Origin: Epithemia pelagica
Lineage: Eukaryota > Protista > Bacillariophyta
Length of the DNA: 64,000 nucleotides
Direction of reading: 5' to 3'
Assembly (NCBI GenBank): GCA_946965045.2
Contig: OX337242.1
Coordinates: 62,001 to 126,000, forward strand
How positions within the stretch are numbered: position 1 is the first letter of the stretch; every line of letters starts with the position of its first letter. The notes beneath the pieces are model-generated. The model did no database searches. It worked only from the letters and a program-made list of their open reading frames with translations, and was not told where the DNA came from. The position numbers and the translations under genes were made by a program. This document shows, in pieces, positions 25,500-38,500 of the stretch.

Positions 25500-25580
25500 C
25501 TAGAGGCCCAAACGAATCGAGAGGTAGGACGGAAGCAATGGTGTGTGCTGGACGGGAGGAGTAAAGGGATCGACTTCCAT
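25500..25580 (-). pseudogene. 5' remnant of a copy-9-like gene inside a segmental duplication
   Basis: MEVDPFTPPVQHT matches MQVDPFTPPIQHT of copy 9, then homology ends and a stop follows after 26 codons. Upstream non-coding sequence also matches ~22845-23420. Confidence 0.75.
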
Positions 25581-26265
25581 GATTGTGGTTTGTTCGTTGC
25601 TTGGTTGTTTTCTAGGGTCGTTGGTGGGTCACTGGTGTTGTTGTGGTGGTGGTGGTTTGTCGTCGTCGTCGTTTGGAGTAGTATGCGGCAAAGGAAGAAA
25701 ATGATTTTGGATGGTACTGTCGTCGTCGTCGTCTCGTCGTTTTCGTCGTGTCCTGGTTTCACACCATGAACATAAACATGTTGACAACCCGTTGTCTGTG
25801 CACGATCTGCTGCTTTTCTCTTATTTCTTTCAGCAACCGAAGCACCAGCAGCAGCAGAAGAAGAAGAAGAAGACACTGCGCAAGTTGCTGTCGGCCATGG
25901 TGATTCGTCGTGCCCTTTGTCTTCTTCCGTGGCCTGATGTTGTTGGTGTGTCGTTTCAACTGCAAGTGCATCCGTCGACGCAGCTGTCGTGTCCCGTTGC
26001 GATTGGTACTTCGAGTCGCGGTCCGCTCTCCGACTGCAACACGTGACATGACGTGTCCTCCCCACAACCATCTGGTTCTTCCCAAACGATTCCTTCTTCC
26101 GTCTGTCACTGTCCGTCAGGGGCATAACCGATAAAAGATCCCAACTCTTTCGTGTCCTATTATTTTATTCTTCTGCTCTCTCATAATTTCTCTTTTGAAC
26201 GCGAAGCAGAACAAACACACCGAGGAAAGGAATCAATCACACAAACACCACAGCAAAGCACAACC

Positions 26266-27320
26266 ATGGCGACCAGGAATTCCCACCTCTTTTTTCTACT
26301 CGCACTCCTCCTTCTTGTTTCGGTTCTCGTCTCAGCCGATCCCGGCCACGATCACCATGACGATGGTGGGGACGACAATGACGGTACACCCATGTGTGCC
26401 TGTCAACCCTCCACCTGGACCTTGGCCTTGAATTTGACCCGTCCGGCCGATTGTCAACATACCAATTTACCCTCGGACGGTCACGTCTTGGTCGGCATTG
26501 CCAGCATGTCGTGCGATTATCAAGCCTTTTCCGATGACGGCACGGACGATCCGGCCGATCACATTATGGAGGAAGTGGACTTTGTCCAAATTCACGAATA
26601 CAATCGCAAGGGCAAACTGTTGAATGACGACAAGAAACCGGAAAAAGTCTTTGTCGGCCCCTATCACAAGCAAGAAGTCGGAGCCCTCTTGTCCTATACG
26701 TCCGTCGTGGTGCGCATGAGCGAACAACATGACGTGTGGATGAAAACGCAACAAGAACAAACGGATAGTGACAAGGAGAAGGACCAAGAGGACGACGAAG
26801 AGGACGATGAGGACGACGCAAGTGACACGGAGGAGGACGTCAAGAGTAGCAATGGCCTTCGCAACAAACGAAAACAGCCGAAACAAAAATTGGGCGGTCC
26901 CTCCTGTCCTTGTCACGGCGCGCACAAGCCCGGTCAAGCCATGCCCATGACGTGTTTGCCGACGAAATGGAAGGTGGACATTTACGGCAAGAATTCCAAG
27001 AAGGAACCCTTGCTCATGGAATGGACCATTTTCTTTACCAATGATTGTAACCATTATCCACTGGGATTGGAAGTCACGGAACCGGCCGCCACGCATTATT
27101 ATTTGGGACCCCTCACGTTGGTACGTAATGGAACAGACGAGACTGTGGTCGAACCGAACCAATCCATCCACTGCTCTGTCGCTCAACCATTGTGTGTTTT
27201 GATTGTTTGTTTGTTGGTTTTGGAATGATTGGGTGTTACTATATACTACTCTTGTATTAGACCGCCATGGGGCCTCCCATGTCCAACTTTTGTCCCTTGG
27301 CCAAGGATGATCCGCAGTAA
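26266..27320 (+). CDS. CACQP-domain family copy 11 (His/acidic-rich, sister of copy 10); exons 26266..27120 and 27261..27320
   Basis: Signal MATRNSHLFFLLALLLLVSVLVSA, then DPGHDHHDDG and a DKEKDQEDDEEDDEDD insert. Donor GTACGT at 27121. Exon 2 reads TAMGPPMSNFCPLAKDDPQ*. Confidence 0.9.
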
Positions 27321-28531
27321 TACACAGTAACAAACCACAACAGGACACCACACCACGGTGGCGCACCAATCGTACCTTGTATATATATAATGGAAAAAGA
27401 AGAGCAATTTGCAACTGAACGAAGAAAAAATAAAAGTCGTGAAACACACACATGGTTAGACCAGGAATCGCAACCAAACACAGATCAGGAAGAAACGAAT
27501 GGCGTCACGAAGAAGAAAAAAAAAGAAGAGCAACCACACCATCATCATCATCATCATCCGGGCCACGACACGGATCCTCTGGCAACACGAGCAATGATGG
27601 GTACGAGTCACATGGTAGTTGTAGGATCATCATATTCTAGCTAGTAGACAACGTTGCAATCCAAAGGAGGATGCTCGTCGTCGTTCTCGATTCCGTTCTC
27701 GTTACTCTCGTAGTAGTAGTAGTAGTAGTAGTAGAGGAATCCTCGTCGCAACTTATAGTAGTTAGGGCACTCTCGAACGACACTTTGGGGGAATTCCCAA
27801 GTTGGAGAACGGACAAACACAAGCGTTGCAGCAGATGTGGATCCGATCGCACCCAAGAAATCGGATTGTGAGTTGTGTTCTTCTCTCTCCAAAATTGGAC
27901 GGCGCACGAGGAGCACTCTCGACTCCCCAAACTCCGACTCTCTCGATCTCGATCTCTAGATATTTATACACCGGAACGCTCGAACGCACACTCACACTCA
28001 CCCCTGCTAATACAATCCATAAACCCATGGATTTCCGACGAACTTACTCGCTTCCAAGCATCGAACTGCCGACCTAGAGAGAGAGAAAAAAAAACAGGAT
28101 GATCTACTCCTAGCTACGTAGAGTAGTAGTCGGTAGGTCCATAGCTCGCACCCGATACCCGCGAGTCAAGAACGACCGATCGGATCTTTGGAGGGACGAC
28201 GTGGTCTGTGGGAATCCATCCAAGATTCGCGTTCTCTCGCACGGTGCATTCTCATTGCAAACCATCTGGACCATGATCCATCACTGACTTCTTGTCGTCC
28301 TTTTGTCTCTGCATCTTCTTCTTCTTGTCATTGAACACGCGTAACCACGCGTTCTTGCTGCTTGGCGTTATGTGAGCGTGGATATCGCAACAGTTTCACA
28401 AGCTGGAGAGGAGTGCCATCAACCGAATTCTGTTCCAAATTCCTGGTTGTGGCAACGCAACATTCCACTTTTATTTGAGATCCAATCCAGAGAAGTGACA
28501 ACCGAATCCTGTTCCTTCTTGTGAACACACA

Positions 28532-29638
28532 ATGACTCGATCTGGAATGGTTGCAAGACAAAATCATCGGTCGGTTGCAATGGCTGTCGTCGTAGTGTCG
28601 CTACTGACGGTGTCGGTGACTCTAGCCATGATTCTTCCCCAACAACCATGGCCACGTTCGCAGGACACACAATCGGAACCCAAGGAACCCATGAGGCCAA
28701 ATGATGCTTCAACAGTGGGAGGAACGACCATCAACGCTTCCCACACACCGTCTCGTGTACCTGCGTCTATGGACGATTCCTTGGATGGATTCAACGCCAC
28801 GGCCTCCACGTTCTCATGGCCTCGGTTTGGTACCACCAATGCGCTTTCCTCTCCCACAAACAGTTCGAGATTCTTGCGGTCCGGTGGTCGTGCGTCGTCG
28901 TCCACGTGCGCGTGTCAACCGGCCGAATGGGAATTTACCTTGCACTTGGCCCGTGGACCGTGTGGCGATACCAATGTTCCGACGGCCCATTCCAAATTGA
29001 GTGGTTTGGCCAGCATTTTGTGTACCACGACGCCCGCCCACGGCGGTCAATTTGAAGTGGTGGATTTTGTCCAAATTCACGAATACAATCGGCACAATCG
29101 ATTGCTCAATCCCAATTCCAAACCCATGCGCTTTACGGGTCCGTACATGGGCGCGACGGGGACGGCCGCCACGATTTATTACGCCAGTGTCTTGTACATG
29201 ACCAATGCCCAGACCGGACATTTGAATTATAAGCATGTGTGCAATTCCCAAGCCGATGGCGGCGATTGTATGCCCACCTCGCTGCAAATTCATTTGTATG
29301 GCAAGAATTATGCCAAGGAAAATTTGCAATTTCAATGGACTCTCACCTTTACCAATGATTGTACCGTCTATCCCGTCGAAATTGTGCCCGGACATTACAT
29401 GGGACCTGTGCAAGTGGTACGTGTCAAACTTGTTGGTGTGTGGATACCAGATAGTGAGAGGCTTTTTTCTAACACTGTCACTCTGCTACTTTTCTTTTTT
29501 TGGTTTGTTTCTTTCGATGGCCTTGGCTTCGTGGCAATCCCAATCTCTGTCGTTCAAACTGTTCTACAGAAACGAGTGGGCAATGCCGTGCCAGCCTTTT
29601 GTCCCAAGGCTCTTAATGTCAAGGGGAATTGGAGATGA
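28532..29638 (+). CDS. CACQP-domain family copy 12; exons 28532..29416 and 29570..29638
   Basis: Hydrophobic VAMAVVVVSLLTVSVTLA, RFL, then CACQPAEWEFTLHLAR. Donor GTACGT at 29417, CAG acceptor at 29569. Exon 2 reads KRVGNAVPAFCPKALNVKGNWR*. The 153-nt intron is in frame and stop-free. Confidence 0.88.
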   Translation: MTRSGMVARQNHRSVAMAVVVVSLLTVSVTLAMILPQQPWPRSQDTQSEPKEPMRPNDASTVGGTTINASHTPSRVPASMDDSLDGFNATASTFSWPRFGTTNALSSPTNSSRFLRSGGRASSSTCACQPAEWEFTLHLARGPCGDTNVPTAHSKLSGLASILCTTTPAHGGQFEVVDFVQIHEYNRHNRLLNPNSKPMRFTGPYMGATGTAATIYYASVLYMTNAQTGHLNYKHVCNSQADGGDCMPTSLQIHLYGKNYAKENLQFQWTLTFTNDCTVYPVEIVPGHYMGPVQVVRVKLVGVWIPDSERLFSNTVTLLLFFFWFVSFDGLGFVAIPISVVQTVLQKRVGNAVPAFCPKALNVKGNWR

Positions 29639-30563
29639 GAGCTGTGCTGCGGCACACAAGACGACGACACTGAAGAAGAAGGAGGACATATGTTGGGTAT
29701 CCCACCAAGTGTCGTACCAGCGATTGGGCTCGTTGGGAATGAATGTCTCGCATTCTTTCAAATCTTTGTCTGTTGGTTGCCAAGGATCACCACCATTGCT
29801 GGTTTCTCTTCGTTGGCTTGCCATGCTGTGTGCGGGTTCTACGAATTGGGGACAAGCGTGGTCTTTTCCAAACTGGTTTATCCCACAAGCTTGGTATCCA
29901 GTCACGGTACACGGCCGTTGGTCGTCCAAAGAAGAATGCGGATTGGGATCTCACACATTGCGGCGGTCGCCGTGATCCTGGTACGAAACTCATATTCAGT
30001 CATCTACTACTACATGTTTGTGGAGGACATTGCCCTGCAGGGCTCCCGAGTGGGTCGCACCTCATTATGGGAAGAAACGGGGACAGACGTATATATATAA
30101 TAGTTAGAAAGAGAGAGAGTCTTGTTCAAAGAGGGGAAGGAGCTCATAGATCATATTTACATTATCAAATCGTTAGTAGGAGTAGAAAGGAAGAAGACTT
30201 TCAGTTGAAAATCGTGATCCTTTCGGAGGGCGATTTGGTTCCACGAGTACTACCACTCAGTGGTCCAATAGCTCCTTTAGCGAGAGCAGGTAGCCATGGT
30301 AGTTGGAAGTGACCGCGTAAGGGCGACTCCAAGCGACCGCCAGAAAGAGTGACGCAGTGCGCCACACACACGCACCAATACGCAGACAGGGACATGCCAA
30401 TGATGATACAACCACAAAAGGGACCACACAGACCATCTGTCCATGGTGTGTTAGTAGACCACATTGCACCTTTTGATTCCTCCCATTCTCATTGTATTGC
30501 AAGAGATTCTTCTTGTCGTTTGGTGTGGAGAACAGTCTTGCATTCAGAGTCTAATCCAACAGA

Positions 30564-31562
30564 ATGACCACCTCTCATCTCAAAGTGGCCTCGTCCCTGC
30601 CCTCGTATGGCTTTTGTGTGTGTCAACCCATGGCGGTCGAATTTACCTTGGACTTTTCGCGAGTTCCTACGGCTGCTACTGCTTCTGCATCATCGTCGTC
30701 GTCGCCTGGTTTGGATTGCAACTTGCCAACCAATTTTGTCACGGGAGAGGACACGGGCATTGCAGAACTCACGTGTGACTCATCCACCGATGATAAAACA
30801 ACCGGATCATCGTCGTCATGGACGAATTGGCAAGTGGTGGATTTTGTCCAAATTACCGAATACGATGACGAACGATTGAATCGAGGGACGAATCCCGAGA
30901 CTTCCAAAACCAAAACAAGCACGACACAAGAAGAACAAGATGCCTTTGCCACGTTGCAATTGGACGGTCCCTTTTACAATGGTCATTCCTTTTCCTATAC
31001 GACCTGGATGTGGCGGAATGCCTTGGAACAAGTCGAACAAGGCTTGGCCGTTGCTTCGGCTTCGGATGCTACCAGTCAATCAGAGTTGCCGACCCCAGAA
31101 TCCATTTTGCAAGACTGTCGGCCTCGGACCTGTTGGATGCCGAGTCGGTTGCAAATTCAACTCTTTGGCAAGAGTTTGCTCCAAGAGGACGAACTGGAAC
31201 AGGAATCCCAATTGCTCATGGATTGGGATGTCACCTGGCGCTTTACCAACGATTGCAATGTCTTTCCCGTCTTGGTGGCCGGTCATTACATTGGACCGCT
31301 CACGTTGGTACGTTCCACAGTGTGTGTGTCTGTCCGTTGCGTTTGCGAGCCGCTGTCGGTCTTTGGAGTGTGGACCTGCCCTGCTGCAAACCAATACGGT
31401 CTGACACACTTGTTGTTTGGATTCTCACAACTCGACTATGTTCTTTTGTATCTATTTCGTTTACAGACTCATGTGTCGGATCCTCCCGAAGCCTTGTGTC
31501 CCTTGGCGGGTGTGGCACCCGAACTTCGACGATCGCCACCTCATTTGCCGTCTGGACCCTAG
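30564..31562 (+). CDS. CACQP-domain family copy 13 (CVCQP variant, 5' end uncertain); exons 30564..31307 and 31467..31562
   Basis: CVCQPMAVEFTLDFSR. Donor GTACGT at 31308, CAG acceptor at 31466. Exon 2 reads THVSDPPEALCPLAG.... No signal peptide in this frame; CTAATCCAACAG just before the ATG may be an acceptor for an upstream exon. Confidence 0.85.
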   Translation: MTTSHLKVASSLPSYGFCVCQPMAVEFTLDFSRVPTAATASASSSSSPGLDCNLPTNFVTGEDTGIAELTCDSSTDDKTTGSSSSWTNWQVVDFVQITEYDDERLNRGTNPETSKTKTSTTQEEQDAFATLQLDGPFYNGHSFSYTTWMWRNALEQVEQGLAVASASDATSQSELPTPESILQDCRPRTCWMPSRLQIQLFGKSLLQEDELEQESQLLMDWDVTWRFTNDCNVFPVLVAGHYIGPLTLVRSTVCVSVRCVCEPLSVFGVWTCPAANQYGLTHLLFGFSQLDYVLLYLFRLQTHVSDPPEALCPLAGVAPELRRSPPHLPSGP

Positions 31563-33603
31563 AGGAGAGTCGTCATTGTCCTTGTCATTGTCATGGAGGA
31601 GGAACAGGTGGTTGTAGTGGTCGAAGAGTCGGAACAATCGTCTTTTGGTGCATTGGCTGGCGGACAAAGAACGACTCTGTGTGGTTGCCTCTGCATTGGT
31701 TTGCGACTTGGAGTAGTATATGTCGACAATGACTCGAAACCTTGGCGGTACAGCAGTCCCGATCGAAACATGTCTCCAACAACAAGAGACCACTCCAAGA
31801 GACTGCGGTGACCCGGCCAACCAAGACCAGACAATACAACAACAACGTTGGGCGTCTGCACTAATACAAGGTGGGCTTCCCTAATAGTACCGACGTATGT
31901 TTGTTGGAACGGTGGGCCAATCGCTGGGATGCATCACTCCAGAGAATGGCTATACAGGGGGGTCGGCACAAGTATAGACGGAGAATCCGTTCCAATCGAG
32001 TGAACGGGAATCTCTCAGAATCACGGCAAACAGAAAAAGTACTTTGCTTTTGTCGTATCCCTCCAACCAATTGTTTCTCAGTATCCTGGTTGGGGTGACC
32101 ACTTGTCGAAGATGCATTCCTACCTGTTCCTTATCGTTGGGATGTGGAATCGAGCGACCGTAGTCTTTGCTGGAGTTGAAACGGTTGGCAAAGCGAGAAT
32201 AGGTCCTCCTCTAATGTTGGGCCATGCAATGAATCGATTGTTTATCAAGTAGTCAAAACATGAGGCTCTTTGGAAATTTTGGCTTTTGTACTAGGTATAT
32301 AGTTGCTCTGTCCAATATCCATAGTAGGTTAGCGATTGGAATGACAGAGCCGCTCGTTCCTTGTCGATCTGATCATGTGTCCCATGTCTTTCCAGTGTGC
32401 CATCTCGTCAACCATAGATCCTGCTATCTTATTACTATGTCCTCGGAAAGTCTCGGGAAGAGTCCCAATCGGTCGGTTCTCGGCAGAAAAAACATGGTTT
32501 GTTTTGTTTTGGGTGATTTTCGACAATTTTCTCTTACATCTTTTTCTGTTTCTTGCTTGAGGGAGATGTCCCTAATCCCTTTTGATATCACCATACAGCG
32601 CTGCCGAAGCTGAACCGTCCATGAGTCAACCGAGTTGTTTCGAGGATTCGCAACCTTGTAGCAGAAACGAAAATCGTAAAAAGGATAAAAATTTATCACA
32701 GAAAATAAATATGAATTCCCGTAATTATTACATCGAGTTTCGGATTCCAGCCTTTGGGGAAACTTCCAACGAAATTAGTTATCCTGAACCCTATCTGACA
32801 TAATAGGATGGCTATCTGTCTATTAACCTCGGTTCGTCTCGTGTCATCGCCCTATTATCTTGATAGTTCTACCTCTAGGTAGATGCGTTTCGGTCTCTAG
32901 AGATTACAAGATGGGATGGATGGATGGCTTGTCACTTGTCATGGTACCCGTCCAAAGAGACTATACTACGAATTGTTGTCTGTAGACAATGTCTGTAGAC
33001 AAGGAACAGGCCCAACGACTCATCGTTTTGCGGTTCAAGTGTCTTATTGATAGCGTTTTTTTACAAATCTACCGTGCGCGCGGTTGTTGCTGGATTGTGT
33101 CAACCACAAAGAGAGAGAGATTCGACCAAAGATCAGGCCACCGTGCTGTCCTCGCTTCTTGTGTGGTTTCTCTTTTGGCGCATGTATCCGTTTTTTTTTC
33201 TGGGTTTCGTTCGTCTCATCCCACACAACTACAATGGTTTCCTCTCTTCCATGCGTTCTTTTATATGGAGTTTCTCCATGCGTCGTACCAAGTGGTCCTG
33301 GTATGGTTTGGATCCATTGTTGCTGTTGAGTGGAAGTTTCTGTTTCATTTCCGGACGGTTATCTTGTATTGTATCGTGGTCGTCATTCATGTTTTTTTTC
33401 TAAAAAAAGGCAAGTGCTGATTCGTCGTCGTCATTTCTCTTTTGGTTCTAAAAAGTGGGGATACAGCACGAAAAAAGTGCTGATTCGTCGTCGTCGTCGT
33501 CGTAATCGTGAGTGTCGTACAATGTTCTTGTTTCTCTTTGTGGTCCAATACTTTTGGTGTTTCCCAGGATGTCCCATGTGTGTGTCCATATTCGGAAAGA
33601 GTG

Positions 33604-35047
33604 CTACCTCGAATTGTTCTCGTCGTCCTCCACATGCACTGACTTGTACAAGGGACAAAAGGTGGAGGAGGGCGGTGACACTCGAGTCTGTGTGTAGTCG
33701 ACAACCATCACCATTTCACAACCAGGATCCGTATCCAACAAATCATGACACAAACAATAGAAACAGCAACAACAACAAGAGAAGTGAGACCAGGGGCATT
33801 CCAATCTTCTCCACAAGAACCAATACAATAACAACGACCACGAACGAACGAAGAAGCCACGAATCCGTCACGACACATACACACAATCCATCCATCCATA
33901 TATATATATATATCTCTCTCTCGCTCTGCTATACTCTTCTACAAGTCCTACGTACCACCACAATGGGACCGACAAAGTCGCCGCGCCGTAAGACGGGAAA
34001 GGCGTGACAGTCGTTCGAAAAATTGAGCGTCACGTGCAATTCGACCAATTCATCGTGTCGATTTTGTCCAAACAAGTGAATTTGCAAGCTGCTGGGCAAT
34101 TGTTGGGAGGCATCCAAATCGGCATTGTGTTGAGGATCATCTTCGGGTTGTGGTGGTGGTGGTTGTTGTGGTTGTGATTCGTCGTCGGGTGGCGGCCGCC
34201 ACGGATGGGGGCGTGGTGGGTCCATTCGAGTGGTAAGGGTGGTCGTGACTTGTTGTTGCGCAATGAGACTGGTATAGGCAAAGGAATTGCCATTGTAAAA
34301 GGGACCGTCCAAATTGGGATGATTGTCCCAATGGGCTTGAATGTCGCTGGTTTCTTGGTCAATGTCGGGATTGTTGAGCCAGAGTCCCCACATGTTGTAT
34401 TCGCGCATTTGGACGAAGGAAACCGTCGTCAATTGCAATTCGTGTTTTGGCGGCAATTCTTGGCGCAATTCGGTGCGTTCGCCAGCCGCCGTAGCGGCGG
34501 CTTGGGCCTTGGCCGAGACGGGTATCCATTCGCAATGGACACTGTCCAATCCCATATTGGCTTGAATCGTTTCCCGACGCAAATTGGTTTCGTGACAGGA
34601 AATGCGCGAAAAATCCAACGTGAATTCGTATTCGACGGGTTGACAGGCACAGACGGACGAGACACTCGACACTAAACCACGAGAAGAAGGACGAAGACGA
34701 ACCACATTATCGACCGTATCCACCGTATCTTGTTGGTGGTGGTGGTGATTAAAGAACCGGTTGGGGGATCGTTGTTGTTGGTGGTGAAGTTCTTTTCCTG
34801 ATTGTGGCCCTGTATGAATGATTTCCGTAATGGACACGCCCTGTTGCCGTGTCGACGTCAACCAGGAGGAGGGCCAGGGCACCAACAGGGACGACAATGA
34901 GGTTCTTATTGTGGGTGTCCACCACCACAAGACACAGGGCAGGAGCATGAGGGATCCAATCACAAACAGCATTCTTGGTGGTGTCATAATGGTGGTCATA
35001 GTCCACCGGTAATAGTCATGCGGTCGTTGTGGTTGCATTCTTGCCAT
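33604..35047 (-). CDS. CACQP-domain family copy 14; exons 35047..33956 and 33687..33604
   Basis: TM-like MLFVIGSLMLLPCVLWWW, RGL, then CACQPVEYEFTLDFSR. Donor GTACGT at 33955, CAG acceptor at 33688. Exon 2 reads TRVSPPSSTFCPLYKSVHVEDDENNSR*. Confidence 0.88.
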
Positions 35048-35587
35048 TATGATTGTTTGCTCTCTTTCTCTCTCTCTTGGTTCCAAGTTCCCCAACTTCC
35101 AACACCTCTCCCCAAAGATTCGGATTCTGTAATTGTATTCGGTTGTCGTCTTGTCGTTGTCGTGGTGGGGAAAAGAGTGGGGACGCTGTTGATGTTTGGG
35201 CTGCAACTGACACTTAGGACATTCGTCTCTCTTCGTTGCGAACCCGAAGAAATCGTTCGGGTTCGGGGTCGCCTTTAAAATAGTCGCCTTTCTTCATTTC
35301 AATCGCGGGGAGGTCACTCGTAGTCGCGTTTGTAAACCACGGTATCTTTTTTCGAAACCGGGGTTTTCGGTGGAACCAAGCAACAGGTGTCTCCTCCTTT
35401 CTTTGTTGGTCGATCCATCCTCTGTCGATTTGTTGCGATTTGCGTCATCTTCTCTCCCTGTCCCTCGTTGTGGAACAGACGACCAGAAGGAATCTCTCTC
35501 TCTCTCTCTCTCAAGTCTCAAGGATATCGAAAAACGGTCACCCAAAGCAGCAGAGGAGGAGAACGTACCTAGCTATCTTTTACGAGT

Positions 35588-38500
35588 ATGGCGAGCAGTA
35601 TGGCATGGATGCCATGGACCCGACGAAGGGTGGCATCCCTTTGGACGGTTCGGTGTCGTCCACCCGCAGCCACAGCGACAGTGACAACTCTTTCATCCTC
35701 GTCTTGTCGTTTATCCACAAGAACAACAACAACAAGAAGAACAACAACATTTCGAAGAAGCTGCTTTGGATCCACTCATGGGATTCGTTGGACCAGTCGG
35801 CAATCGTCGTCCTTGGCCGCAAACGCAGCTGCCGAGGATTCCGAATGGAAGAAGGAGACTCTGGATCATTCTCTACTGGAGCCACATGTCGAACCAGCAC
35901 AACAAGAGCAACCACCACAATCACAACCGCAACGACCGTTTTCGGGAGTTTGGAGTGCAGCGGCTCGGTCGCGTCGATCCCAATTGTCCCAAGAGGAATG
36001 GTATCAGGCCTTTGTCGCCTTGCACGAATGGCGACACACAATACGGGCGGAGGACGACGAGGGAAATGACGAACCGACCACCACCACCACCGCTAAAACA
36101 CAATGGATCCGGTCGGCCTTGGAGCTCGTGGATCGCTATGGAGCGCAAACGCAATCCTTGTTGGTGCGACGACACCAACAAGAACAAGAAGAACCAACGG
36201 CACTCGATACGGTTTCGAAACAAGAAAAAGCACAGGATCCATTCGCACTGTCACACGGCGAACCGTTGTGGGAAGCCGACCATGCCAAGGATGACACTCA
36301 GGATCCAAACTACCTCACCAACAACACCAACAACCACATTTACCAAAAAAAGAGAATGGAGGAGGAGGCCGACTTGGCCGCCTTTTGGTCGCAAACACGG
36401 GCGGCCGCCAATGGAGTGCTGCATCAAGCCCTGCACGATTGGCACTACGTGTCTTACCAACAATCACAAGAACAACAACTACAACAAGAAGAACAAGATC
36501 CAACGACATCAGTTGTGCCCTTGCCATCGTTGTGGAATGTCTGGAATCGGTTTGTCGCCCATGCCAATCACGTGCACACCAGCCGTGATCCACAACAAGA
36601 AGAAAAAGACCTTGTTGACGAGTTTGGAACGGTCCACCACCATTCGTATCATGCCATGTTTTTGCAAGCCTTGGTTCATCAACATGCTCTTGAGCAGCAA
36701 CACCACCAAGAACAACCACAAGAACCACCACAACAACGAGAAGAACCAACGGGTGGTGCCACCACGACCGAACCCACCTTTGTCAGTCATCGTCAAGTCT
36801 TTACCAATTCCATTCCCTTGCCGACCCATGAATTTGCCCCAACCATTGTCCACGATTGGATTCAACGCGCCAAACAACAACAACAACCACAAGAGCAGGT
36901 GGTTCCGTCGGAACCCACAACGACGATACGAGGACTTTGGGGGAACAACGACAACAACCTCACCAATGACCCTACCAACCGGATTACCGATCCCACCGAA
37001 TTGCTTTGTACCATGGTGGAATTGGTCGTGGCATCCATGCCACCACCCACCACAACACCACCCACCGCCACCAAACCGGCACGTCGCGGCCCCAACGCTA
37101 CCAACAACCACAACACCAACAAGGAGACACTGGAAACGGTCAAACAATTGGTCCATCTCATCAAGGAAATGAAACGGTTGTTGCATGCGCAACAACAACA
37201 ACAACAACAACAACAACAACTCGAGCCGTCCTTGGGGCAAGGTGACGAATCGTCTGGGACCACGCGTCCCAAGAATAGGAGTGTCTTTTCGACGGACCAA
37301 GCGCATCGCTTGTACCGTGCCTTGATCCAGTGTGGCAAAACCACTGCAAGCGCAAGTACAACGACGACGGCCAACACCACCAAGGGCCATCCACGACCAA
37401 CACAACACCACGAGCAGTATGATCCAGTCGCCGTCAAGGCGGTTCGAAAATTGCTCTTGCAAGATTACAAAAAGGCCAACTCGCATCATTACCAAGCTAA
37501 TAATACAGCCACAAACACCACTACTCCATCCATTCTCGTCATGCCGCCGCCCACCCCACAAGCCTTTGACTTGTTGTTTCAAGCCTATGGACAATTGCCC
37601 AATGTTTCCGAAGCCATGTCCTTGTTGCAAATCTTGGATCCGTCCATGAGTACTAGTAATAGTACGCCAAGCAACAAGGCCAAGAACAAGAAGATGGACG
37701 ACGAGGAACCGTTACAAGTACAAGAGGACAGCGAAACGCGCGTCTGGTCCATGGAACCAACCGCGTCGTCCTGGATGGCACTGGTGGAAGCCCATGCACG
37801 AGCTGGAACATCCGTTTCGACAACAGCGACAACAACATCTCCTGTACACGCAGTGTTGCAACGTTTGGTGCAATATGTCAGCTCCCTACAACAACAGCAA
37901 CAACAACAGCAGCATCCCAAGGACGACACGGCGGTCACGTCCTGCTGGGACGAGGTTCTTTTAGATGGTGTGGCACGAACGCAAGGAGACGCTTCGGCGG
38001 CACCGCACATGGCTCGCCTGTTGCAACAAGTGGTGACATTGGCGATATCCCCAACCACGACGACGACAATGGGAAATGACAGTTCGAGTATTACGGCCGA
38101 GACGATCCACAAAGTGTTGGACTGGTATCTTCGATACGAGCCCAATGTCTGGTTGGGCACAGAATTGGTCCACCAGTGGTTCCAGTGGATACACAACTCG
38201 TCCGACAACAGTACTTTGAAACTCCAGAGTGCAGCCACCTATCAGACTATGATTCAAGCCTTGTGTCGAGTCCAAAAGGCCGAACGTGCCCTCCAAGTGT
38301 GGTCGGAGTATTGCGACTGGGTACTGCAACAACCACTACAACAACATCAAGGTCCGAATAGCACCACTCTCCACGATGACGACGATGACGATGACGACGA
38401 CATGACTTTACTTTCTCGGGTCGATCCTGGACGATTGTGTGAACAAGTCATCTTGTCTTGCCTGCACCCCAAGTCGATTCGCAAAGATGGAGTCCATGCC

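Noticed and set aside
35766-37630. Long overlapping ORFs 35766..37172 (+) and 36509..37630 (-)
   Set aside because: Alternative-frame and antisense shadows of the PPR-like gene, kept open by CAA/ACC repeats. No motifs.
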